DNA of 64,000 nucleotides from Oikopleura dioica (Eukaryota > Animalia > Chordata). Below, piece by piece: positions 13,001 through 23,404 of the stretch. The notes beneath the pieces are model-generated. The model was not told where the DNA came from, did not search any database, and saw only the letters and a program-made list of their open reading frames with translations. How positions within the stretch are numbered: the first letter of the stretch is position 1; every line of letters begins with the position of its first letter. The stretch spans positions 4,464,001 to 4,528,000 of the forward strand of contig OU015567.1 of assembly GCA_907165135.1 (NCBI GenBank), written 5' to 3'. Position numbers and translations under genes: made by a program.

Positions 13001-13598
13001 CGAAACGCCAGAGACGTTTTTTGTTTAGCTGAATAAGTATGAAAAAGTCTTTGATTGACAGTTTTTTGCACAAAAATTGATTGAAAAAAGGTTAATTCTT
13101 GATTGCACGAGCACCCCCTTGAAAGTGATCCCTGGGGCAGTGCGTTTGGTGATTCTGATGCGACATTCGGGAATTTCGATTCTTCCGAAAAGAAGGTTAG
13201 TTTATGCTCTGTTCTTTTTCCACTATTTTAATGTGTCTCAGACAAACCAGAAATCCAAGTCGGTCAGCTCTACCATGCGTCGTAGAGTAATTCCGACTCC
13301 TGAGCCCGAGGAGGGAAAAACGCGTCGTGAATCTACGAAAAGAGTATTTTCTTCGAGCTCTTATCGAAAGAAATAACACAGACACCAAAAAAACGATCAA
13401 TTAATAACTAATTCTAAGTTGTAAAATACGCACAATAAATTTTCTCAATCAGCACGGTTCAAATTCAATGTTTAAAAGAGAGCGCTCTCCAATTTATTTT
13501 GGACCAAATTCAAAATTTTTCATCTTCAGGTCGCCCCGGCGCGTCCACCACCGGCTCGTCCGGCCCCTGCACGACCTCCTCCACCCGGTGGCTTTTGA
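10033..13598 (+). CDS. EPS15: EPS15/EPS15L1-like endocytic adaptor (EH domains, coiled coil, DPF repeats)
   Basis: Two EH domains (WDIPEPERQKYTAIF..KIWGLADIDKDGSLDKDEF; QVWNLADTNQSGSLSRDQFILAMHL), a coiled coil, DPF-repeat exons (~12240-12400, ~12810-12960) and a Pro-rich last exon ARPPPARPAPARPPPPGGF* ending 13598. Confidence 0.85.
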
Positions 13599-13891
13599 AA
13601 TCACTCCATCACACAATCTCAAATCCGAAAGAAATCCTATCATTCTACTACAAGTCTTGATTCATGTTTTGATACCTTATTCTATTCAACTTCCTTCAGC
13701 ACCTATTTTCTTCGAATTCTTCTATTCTATTTCCGACTTAGTTTTAATATATTTGCGACTATCCTTCTTGTTTTATGTTTTTAATATTACTTCATACTAT
13801 TTAAATACAGATTTAAACAGCTTAATAATCAAGATTATCCAAAGGCAAACTTCACAAAATATTGTTGAAGTTTTCTGCTTCTTGTTCTTTG

Positions 13892-15336
13892 TTATAGCAA
13901 CTGAAGCTTTTCTGGTTTCCCGTTCAATTTCGCATCTGAAAAGCAGTCTGAATTTCCAATTTTGCATTTGCAACTTACTATGTTTGAATTTCCGCGCATC
14001 AAGTCTTTTCCAGCTGGAGAAAGTCATGTACAAAGTCGAAATTTGAAAAACAAAGATAGGAGCATAAACCCAGCTTCGCAGCCGAATCATGTTCGCTCCC
14101 CAGAGAGGGCCGAATATTGCACTCATGTTTTCAACGAAGCATCGCATTCCTTGGTAAGTAGACTTGTTTTCTGAAGTCGAGAAATCGGAAATGATCGTGG
14201 CGGATGCAATGATAGTTGGGGGAATGCTGAAGATAACGAAAAATCCACCAATTGCCAGTCCTGGACCTACAAACCAATCTCTGAAAAGGGGTAATTAAAA
14301 GGAGCTCCCATTGTTTTTGTACCTAAAATTTCCAAAGAAAAACATAAGCGCGAATAAACTCGACGTCCCCAGATTCAGCGATTGACTGAAAGCAAGCGCA
14401 TATTTTAAATGAAATTTGTAAGAAAAAACCACGGAGATAACGTAGCTCAAAAGAGCAGTGAATCCAACGACGGTGAAAATGATGATGATTTGACCCTGAT
14501 TGAGCCCAAGATAATCTCGAAAAATCGTGCCCACAGTTCCTTCCAGCATCGACTGATAGAAATAAATTGAGAAAGAACTCATGAGGCAAATGATGATTGG
14601 TTCGGCAAGGAAGGGAAGGCTGCCGACTTGTATGAATTCGATTTTTTCATCTTTCTTTTCATCATTCTTTTCGTCGATTTTTTCTTCCATGATTTCAGCT
14701 TTTTGGTCAAAGGAAGGTTCATTTCGAAGAGCGACAAGGCCAGTTATTCCTGCAACGATCCAGACAATGAAAATGAAGAAGCCATATCTATTCAGCTCAT
14801 CAACTTGATGACCGAAGAAAATGAAGTCATCCCATGAAGAGATCCAAAAACCGCTAACCATGGAGCCGAGAATGAGTCCGGCTTCGCGTTGGAGAAGACA
14901 GAAACCGATCAAAACGCCGCCATTTTCCCCCGCATCGAGCGCTACTCTGCCTATTATTGCTCCATATGCGCCATTGTTGACGCCTTAACTTTTGATTCAA
15001 TCAATTTGGAAGCTTTTTTTTCCGACCTGAAATAATGCGGGCGAAAATAATCCAGCCAATCGTTCTGTAAAATGTGAAAATATAGTAGCCTAGTAAGCCA
15101 CAACTAATTGCAATAGCATACGTCCATTTTAACGATTGAGTTCTATCAACAAATCTTCCAAAAACAATCGAAACGGCTAGCGAGGCAAGATAATACAGTC
15201 CAACACAGTAGCCCATGTATGCCTCTGGGGCTCCAATCGATGTTATATACGCATTTAACGTAGGTACAATGATTCCGTATTCTGTTCCAAGGGCTAGGTA
15301 CCAAAAACACATTCCAACGTAAAAAATTTTGTTCAT
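13892..15336 (-). CDS. Major facilitator superfamily transporter, MFSD8/CLN7-like
   Basis: GTEYGIIVPTLNAYI...SIVFGRFVDRTQSLK (MFS motif A), IIFARIISG and multiple TM helices. The spliced C-terminus ...KPEKLQLL* carries an acidic dileucine-type lysosomal sorting motif. Confidence 0.75.
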
Positions 15337-15571
15337 CCTTTTTTCTCTATTGAAGAATTTTGTGAAAGGAACGGAGAAGTATAAATTGGCAAAATTGAGT
15401 TTATTAGTTTGTTTCCGGTTCGATCAGCTCGGCAAAATGGGACCATCTTTCAAATGGCCTATTTGAATGAGGATATAATTAAAGGAAAATGATTAATTGT
15501 ATTCGGGAGCAGCGTCTGTCCAGATTGAAGAAAGATTTTTCTATTTATTCATCGATTTTTAGTACAGAATT

Positions 15572-16437
15572 TCATTTTCGCAAATTGATCTTTTGACCCT
15601 TTTTCGCCTTCATCAAGTCATTTTGTCGCACTCGCATGCCCTTGATAGTCAGCTTCAGGTCAACTTGTTGCAGCTCAAGGTCGTATTTTGACGCCTCCAG
15701 GGTTTGAAGCCATTCGTAGAACTCGACGACCTTCTCCTGGAGGCGCTCGCCGCTGAGATGGTCGATGTTGAGTGGTTTTCTTCGCTCGGCGAGGATCTTC
15801 TTTTTCTCTTCTTTTTGGGCCGCGCGTTTGCCCTTGCGCATTTTCTCCATTCTCGCTTGATAACCACTTGGAAAATATGCTTGGTTTTCAGCTGAAGACT
15901 TAGTTTTTACCCGAAATTCATCGACATTGCCAGCATCAGCTCTTTCTTCCGATCTTCTTCTGCTTTAGCAGCGGCTTCTGCAGCTTCCTCCTGTCGTCTA
16001 GCTGAACAAATCTTATTACAGTAAGTCGCCCTGCAGAGCCCGGTTAGCTCAGTCGGTAGAGCGTTGGACTTTTAATCCAACGGTCGAGGGTTCGAGTCCC
16101 TCATCGGGCGAGCTTTTTATAAGCGTACCTTCCGCTGCTCTTGCTTCTTCTCGCTCTTTTTCCTTGATCTGGCGGATTCGGAGCTGCTCCTCTCGGGTCG
16201 CAATTCGTTTGTTGATCATTGTCCTTAAATAATTAGATTCAATGGGAAAATCCAACTGTACTTCAAGTTATTCAGCTCCTTTTCGTCCTCTTCTCTCTGG
16301 ACAAAATGCGAGCTGATTAATTTTTCAAGCTCAGCCAGATCTTTTTCCATTCTGACTCTCTTGAATTCATCCAGTCCATCATCTCTCTTTCCTTTTTTCG
16401 ATCCGATTTCAAAGTTGGAAATTACAGGAACAGACAT
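15572..16437 (-). CDS. TNNT: Troponin T
   Basis: DEFKRVRMEKDLAELEKLISSHFVQREEDEKELNNLK..INKRIATREEQLRIR; MSMNFGGYQARMEK; KKKILAERRKPLNIDHLSGERLQEKVVEFYEWLQTLEASKYDL. Four exons with GT-AG introns. Confidence 0.93.
16038..16110 (+). tRNA. tRNA-Lys (anticodon TTT)
   Basis: GCCCGGTTAGCTCAGTCGGTAGAGCGTTGGACTTTTAATCCAACGGTCGAGGGTTCGAGTCCCTCATCGGGCG forms a full cloverleaf. Anticodon TTT at 16071-16073, A and B boxes, T5 terminator at 16114-16118. Confidence 0.97.
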
Positions 16438-16790
16438 TTTTTCGTTGTTTTTTTGTTTGTTTATTAAGACTTGCTGTACTATTTTGATGCGTATTTAAAA
16501 GATTGACAAGTTGAGAAGAGGTTTGATATTGACAATTTGGCAGTTTTAATAAAGGTGACTTTGAAATCTTCGAGATTTTTATTGAGGGATTAGTGAGGGC
16601 AATTTAGAACAGTTTTTTCCCTTGCAGACAAATTTTAAGATCTTTGTCCACAGAAAATTATTGCCAGTGTATACCCTTAGTCAGAAGTTGTTTATTAAGA
16701 AAATTCTTTTCTAGAGTCTTTGCTGGTGGTAAATAAGAGCTGCCCGTAATGGTTTTCATACCAACATAACGATCGAAGTCATAAGAGAAA

Positions 16791-17897
16791 ATGCTCTTTC
16801 GCTGTGGATCAGCTTGGTTTGATGAAGAACTAAAGCATCGACTGTATGGAAAACTCGTGGCAATAATTGGTAATTATTACTGGTGCGTCCTGCGGTATCG
16901 GCCTTTCAACTGCGATCATGTGTGCTCAAAGGTAGAAAATAAGGTTGCTCCCTTTCAATTCTTTCAAGGGGAGCCTCTCTTCTCTTGCTCTGTCGGAATG
17001 AGGAGAAAATGTCCGCAGCGGCGAAAGAAATTCGCCAAAAATCAGAAAATCCCAATGTCAGAATCATCGAAGTTCAAATGGATCTTGCCGATGTGAAGAC
17101 AGTTTCAAAAGCAATCAAGGAGATCAAAAATCAAGAGTTGAAGATTGATGTTCTCGTGCTCAACAGAATGTTTATATAACATTAACTCGATACAAGTGGT
17201 CAATCATTACAGTCACTTCTACTTGCTCAACGAGCTGTTGGAGAATTTGAAGGTGAATTTTGAAAAAGAATTAAAGAATTAAAAAAAAAGAAATTTATCA
17301 AAGTGACACCCTTATTCAGGGAACCGAAAATGATCCAGCCAGAGTCGTTGCACTTTCAAGCAAAGCTCATGAAACAGCTCTTGGCGACGGCAAATTCTGG
17401 AAGATATATTCGTCCCCTGACGAAATGGTGTCCTCCCTCGGAACTGGAATCAAAAACATCGGAGTGCAATCATACTGCGAGTCGAAACTGGCAAATATTC
17501 TTCATATGCGAGAAATGGCCAAACGCTATCCAGCGATCAAGTTCATGTCTGTTCATCCTGGAATCGTTAAAACGAGCTTTTTTCGATTTTCGACCGAAAG
17601 TGAGTTCAAAGGAACTTTTGTCGGATGGTGGCTGAATACTTCCTTTGTCCAGTGGCTGCAAAAATCACCAGAACAAGGTTTGATCTTGAATCTTAAAAGC
17701 AAACTTTTCCATCAAATTTAGGAGCTCAGACTTCAATGTACTGCATCTGCTCTCCTGAAGCCGAAACCGGACATTACTACGCCGAGTGCGCTCAATCGAA
17801 AGTCGCGATCAAAGGAAAAAGAAATCTTGACGAAGCTCAGGAAGAACTCTGGAACCTATCCATGAAATTCGTCGAAGAAAACTGTCAATTTCACTGA
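16791..17897 (+). pseudogene. Short-chain dehydrogenase/reductase (RDH11/12-like) with frameshift and missing segment; probable pseudogene or null allele
   Basis: TGASCGIG, MDLADVKTV, NHYSHFYL, YCESKLAN (YxxxK), SVHPGIVKT and QEELWNLSMKF motifs are present. A 10-nt insertion breaks the frame before TGASCGIG (~16869-16878), and the NAG-containing segment between VLN and VNH is absent (~17165-17198). Confidence 0.6.
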
Positions 17898-18254
17898 GTT
17901 ATAATTTGCTTTCTCATATTCCTTTTCGCAAAAAAGACGCAGTAATTATTCGAAGTCGCAATTATCGTCTGATTCTTTCGCCCGATTCAAAACTTCGTCT
18001 CGCTGTCTAAATTAAATTGTCTCTATATTCGCTCCTACGATAGACGTTTTTGAATAAACAAGTTGAAATTCTGATAAAAATTCAAAAGAGAAAAAAATTC
18101 AAGGCTACATTTTTTATCATTTTTATCAAGGTAAGATTGAGGGTAAAGATAAGGGTTAGGGTTAAATTGGTATCGAGAATCGAGAGTTGAGAAATAGAAT
18201 TAAAATATTCACGAGTTATTTCGAATAATATATATTAAAACGATAGGAAATTTA

Positions 18255-18470
18255 AGGGGAAAACCGCGATTTTAACCGCCCGGTTCATCGCGGTTGACCG
18301 CGGTTAATGTTTTATTCGACTAGAAATTTTAGTAGAGGTCGATTGATACCCATATTAGGGGAGTTTGAAGGAGAGGGGAAAACCGCGGTTTTAACCACCT
18401 GGTTCATCGCGGTTGACCGCGGTTTATGTTTTTTTCGACTAGGAAATAAGTAAAAAGTCAATTGATTCCC
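18255..18470. repeat. Two-copy tandem repeat, ~119-bp period
   Basis: AGGGGAAAACCGCG(A/G)TTTTAACC(G/A)CC(C/T)GGTTCATCGCGGTTGACCGCGGTT...TTCGACTAG at 18255 and 18374. Confidence 0.8.
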
Positions 18471-19012
18471 ACAGAGGTTCGAGCTGACCCCATAATGGAA
18501 TTTGGCTTTTTCCTTTTTCTAGAAAGTCGCCTCTTTCTGCAGAAAAAGTCGTCCCTTCTCTGCCCCGGTCCACACGTAGCGGATAGCTGGGTCATTCACC
18601 GTCGCCAGTCTGTCTGGCTTGGGACCAGTCGTAATGCCAAGCCGGGCAAGGTGACTCCTACAGGACACGAGAGACCCTTAACCAAAAAGAAGGCAGTAAA
18701 GAAAAGAATCCTGCAAAGCCGAGTTTTCTCCATTTTCGCAGAGCGTGTATTTGTAAGTAAACATGGTTTTATTTTTCGTCGTGCTATAAAACCGTAAAAA
18801 TTGAGTAAGAAACGTAAAGAATAAGAGAGAAAGAGACAGGGGGAAGGAAATACGTGAGCGCTGGGCAACGTGAGTAGACAGAGACGAGTCGCCAAGTTCA
18901 AGAATTTTCTGTTTTCAAAAAAGAGTGAATTCAATGAAGATTATTTCCTCCGCACGGTGGCGCTTTTTTTAAATGAGCCGAATAACCGGAAATACCAGTT
19001 GACCCCTGATAT

Positions 19013-19266
19013 CAATGAAAAAAACGACGTTTTCTGAAAACCTGGATTTACCAAAGACCTTGTTTTACCGAAAAACTGTTTCCCGAATCGGGCGGAAAAA
19101 GGGCTTTTGCAAAAATCGTCCGAAAATCTTTCTGTACTTTCCAAGTTATGTTTCCAGAGGATTTTCCGCAACAGCCCTCTTTTTAGCCGGAGGCGGGAAA
19201 ACAGTTACAGTAAAACAAGGTTTTTGGTAAATCCAGGTTTTCCCAAAACATCGTTTTTTTTCATTG
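19013..19266. mobile_element. MITE with ~70-bp TIRs
   Basis: CAATGAAAAAAACGACGTTTTCTGAAAACCTGGATTTACCAAAGACCTTGTTTTAC...AACTGTTTCCCG mirrored by CGGGAAAACAGTT..GTAAAACAAGGTTTTTGGTAAATCCAGGTTTTCCCAAAACATCGTTTTTTTCATTG. Confidence 0.75.
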
Positions 19267-19358
19267 TATGCACTACTGAGGTTAAATAGCACTAATAAAG
19301 TCTTTGTTACAGTACTGTCTCGTAGATATTCTGATCCGCGGAGCTGTTTACTGTAAGC

Positions 19359-20177
19359 TAGGGCTCGCCAAAAAAAAGTCGAGGTCGATTCTCCCCTACG
19401 AATTCTGCTTTAAAATGATCCCCGTTCTTTCCTGATTCGAATGATATGTTTATGTCGGGCATAAGTCTTGGGGAAAAAATTCTAGAGCTAGGCAGAAATT
19501 CCAGTTTTTGGGACTTCAATCACGTGCCATGACGTCATTTTTCGGAAATTTAAATATTTTTTCAATTTTTCTAGCGTAACTTTTCTTCCTCTTTTCAATA
19601 AGCTAATTGAGTTTCTTTTAGAGGTAAAATCAGGATTTTACCCTAAATTTTTTACTCAAAATCCCTGAAATTCACCATTTTTCGGCCTCGTTTCAACCTA
19701 GAAAAGCTTTAATATCTCGAGTTCCCCATGCTTTCCCGAGCCGGCAAGGTACTAAAAAGAACCGCAATGCTCTGTTCTATAAGAGTTTTGTCTCATATCT
19801 GGGGAGAATCGAAGAAAACTACTGAAAAATATTGAATTACTGATATAAAAATACGTCAATTTTTGATTTTTTCTCAAAAAAGACATTTTTTTCCTAAAAA
19901 AATTCTTAAATGGAACCCTAACCAACACTGATTATTAAAGCTCAGACTCTCAGCTTTATTTTTATATCAAAAATTAGTAGATTCGGGAGGGTTTCTTCGT
20001 TAATTTTTTCGTTTAAGCCATCAGACCCCCAAAAGAGCCATTTTTATCGAAATTTCGCTCTAAAATTTTTTTGCCTGAGTTTCAGGGTATGGTTATATGG
20101 GGAGTTTTGGGTTTTAGAACATGGGGAACAAGAAAAACATAACCACTGGGGACTTCAAAATTTCATGGCGAGCCCTA
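19359..20177. mobile_element. Non-autonomous hAT-type DNA transposon (819 bp)
   Basis: Perfect 12-bp TIRs TAGGGCTCGCCA / TGGCGAGCCCTA and a perfect 8-bp TSD CTGTAAGC (19351-19358 and 20178-20185). No internal ORF. Confidence 0.88.
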
Positions 20178-21651
20178 CTGTAAGCATAACTAAAGGAAAT
20201 CCTCCATCTCTTCAGCGGTTAAAACGTGAGTTGAATGAGACGAGTCGCAAAACCCAAGTTCACGATTTCTCACCTCCAGTCGAACTAAGATAAACGGTGC
20301 TAACGAAAGAAAGGGTTTTCATTCCCCTGGGTTTTCACAATGTTCATCTTTATAATGAACCTGTAAAAGCGTTTTACCAGCAGATGGTCTTATGATTACA
20401 GGCGTTATGAAACAGACGATTTCGATTTTTATTCTGACGTGAAATATGATCGATGGGCGCTACTGACGTCGTAAGGGAGTAAGGCCCGGGATCTGACTCC
20501 CTGAATCTCACCCTTTCTTCTTTTCAAAAATCGAGGGTTTTCAAAAAAACTTCTTTCTTTTTTTCCTCCGTTTTACGTCTTGTATTTACGGCTAGTTGAG
20601 TGTTTAGTCGTCGACAATTTTAATCACCTTTTTTGATCACATTGTGACGGAAACTCAGATATTAACGAAATCAGAATACAAAGAAAAAAAAAAGACGAAG
20701 AAGCAAGATTTTCAGAAAAGAGAGATCAAGGAAATTCGGGCACAGAAAAAAAGATTTTTATCAGAATCAGCAATTTGTAGGAAAAAAAGTGAAAATTTTA
20801 TATTTGCCAATTAAATTTTGCAAATGACGTCAATAACGCGAGTGCGGCTTCGATTCCTAGGGTCCGCAAGGAGTTTTTTGAGGGAAAGAGTTGAGGCGTT
20901 CTGGAAATAATCGATAATGGTGTTCCATACTGACTTTAACAGAGGTTTTTAATGATACTGTTTGGTGTCTTTTATTATCAATCTATTAATAAAAAAAACC
21001 TAAAAAAATAAATTGATTTCGTTAATTTGAGAGGGCCGAATATCGGAATTCGATTTGCTGAAAAATTCATGCAAATTTTTTGATAAGATATCGTCACTTC
21101 GTAGTTCTTCGCCTCAATACAGAGCCCTTAATTTGAACTTCAAATTTTGTCTAAGTTAGCCATCAAATCAGTGCAGAACTCAAACTGCATAATTGCGCTC
21201 ACCCTACGAGGGAACAGCCCTCCGGGCGAGCGTTCTGTGTGTGCACGCCTGCATGTGCTGCATTGGCAAAGTGACGCTACAGGCAGCATTACTCACCGTT
21301 CAGAGAATCGCTGATCGCCTTAGGGCAGAAAAAAATAAAAACGTGTGCCCAAAGATAGACTCGGCGAGTCGCATCAGCGCTCTACCCAAGTGAGCCTGCT
21401 TCAGACGCGAAGAATGTCACGAGACTTCATTCCGATTTTTAACTTTTGGGCACACCCGACAACGACAAGTCACCTCACTCACCAGCCTACGCCAAGAGTT
21501 ACTGAACATTTTACGGGACTGTAAGAACAAATTCAAGAAGACAAAAAAGGGCAACTTACTTGAAAATATTTTTTATAATTATTAATTAACAATTATTATT
21601 TTTTAATTACAAATCATTCTTGATGGTTTTATCAAATAAGGTGAGATCAGC

Positions 21652-21733
21652 AACCTGTGTCTAAAACCTGAGTCAGGGTCTGAAAATGATATTTCTGATT
21701 TTCAGACCCTGACTCAGGCTTTCTACACAGGTT
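21652..21733. mobile_element. CCTGAGTCAGG-family MITE (minimal hairpin copy)
   Basis: AACCTGTGTCTAAAACCTGAGTCAGGGTCTGAAAAT ... ATTTTCAGACCCTGACTCAGGCTTTCTACACAGGTT, with a perfect 21-bp inner inverted repeat. Confidence 0.75.
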
Positions 21734-22607
21734 ACCGAGCTAAGCCGTTGAGGTTTTGACTCAAAACTTTTGAGTAAATGTCCTTTATCGCGCCTCTTTT
21801 TAACGAAATAACAAGCTATTATTTTATTCGAATAACAAGCTATTATGACTCATTAGTAACATGTCTTTTCAAGTGAGTCCTGCCCAGAAATCACCGACTG
21901 CCGAAATCCCTCAGGAAGAATATCCCCATCCCAGGTACTTCCTTATCGCTAGACAAGACCTTTAGACATGCGATAGAATGTGTCTAGATCCGTGTCTGGG
22001 TAGAGGGGAAATAGAAATTCCATAATGGAAGGTATTGATTCTTGATCGCTGGTTTGTTTTTCACTCTCGTTTCTGACATTTGCTTTTGCTCCCCAGAACG
22101 TAAAGAACGTAATAAAAGAAAGGAACTTCTTAAATTTTCAAATTTTTCAAGATCTCAGAAGATGTTCAGAAGTCAATTTGATTTTTTGGTAAAAGTATTA
22201 TTTCTTTTCAAAACCATTTTCCATTGTTGATTGAATCAGCTGGTAACTCTAGCTGATTTTCTCAAACTCATCGAATTTTGAAGTTTGAGACAAGTGGGCA
22301 CCAGTGGCGCCGGTCGGTCTGGGGCCGCTGGGAAACAAACGAGGCTTAATTTTTTTCGCTGGCCAATGCGCTACTGGCTTTAATCTTAGTTGTGCTTAGA
22401 GTTAGTCGCCGCGCTCAAGAATTATTTTTTCACTATTTATAGTTCACTTTTTTGTTACTTTGCTGCTATTTCCAGAAAAATGGATAAAAAGAGCTTCTGC
22501 AATTAAAAATGACAGGTTTTAAAGTGTAAAATACGGCTAATGAGCTACGTAGAGAGACAATTAAAGAGTCAGCGTGTCAGAATTATTGCGGGAAAGTGTA
22601 TTTTTAA

Positions 22608-23278
22608 GGCTAGGGTGGTCGATTTGGCCCAAAGCAGGGCTCATAAACTCTGGACTTGTGAATGCCAGAGTACCCTATGATAGCTTTTAATAAAGATCTA
22701 TCCTTGATCTTCTGAATTACAGAAGCTTTTTCCGTCATCTCAAGAAAAAAGCCACTTCCGGTGCCTTCAAAGTTGGCATCTCGGCCAAAATCGCGAAAAT
22801 AGCCCATCTTCAGGGCTCCAAAACTCCAAAGTTTGCATTATGGTCCTATCAGTTCTTACTATTTTTAGATTTCTTAGACCCTAATCTTAAAATTTACAGA
22901 AGGTTTTTCTTATTTGATAGTTTTTTCTTTAGAAAATTTTTCAATAAACCAAGGTACCTTTTTTTGACTATTCATTCCTATAAAATCCCCTGCGGGCATA
23001 GCCTAGACGCCACAAGCCCTACCCTAAATGAATGTCCTTAGTATTAGCTTTCCAAAAATGTATCATATGCCACTATTGTAAAGGTTTGAAATTTCAAAAT
23101 ATTTGGTTCACTTTCAAAATACACTAATTTTCTGCAGCTTTAGTCGCAATTTCCGGGAGTTCGAGTAGAGATAGCCAAAAAGTGCATAAGGAGTTTTTTG
23201 CTCCAAATTTTCTGAGGAAGCCAAAAATGCAGGTCAAAAAAAGAACCTGAGACTTGGCCAAAATCGACCACCCTAGCC
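22608..23278. mobile_element. Non-autonomous Kolobok-type element (671 bp, TTAA TSD)
   Basis: TTAA|GGCTAGGGTGGTCGATTTGGCC ... GGCCAAAATCGACCACCCTAGCC|TTAA. Internal sequence is homologous to the element at 55104-55784. Confidence 0.8.
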
Positions 23279-23404
23279 TTAACACCTTCGCGCTTGGGCT
23301 AAAAATAGCTACGCAAAATATACACTATAAAAAAATCGTTAATAATAAATATCAACAGAAGCGCCAGATTTTCTCATGGCAAAAAACCAATCCAGATTTT
23401 TTAG

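Noticed and set aside
18462-18797. GC-rich ORF/hairpin (GGCTTGG..CCAAGCC) as a possible ncRNA or exon
   Set aside because: No recognisable family motif or convincing splice or promoter signals. Cannot be supported without a search.
22302-22376. CAGTGGCGC / GCGCTACTG hAT-like termini
   Set aside because: Only 9 bp with a mismatch, and the flanking 8-mers do not match as a TSD.
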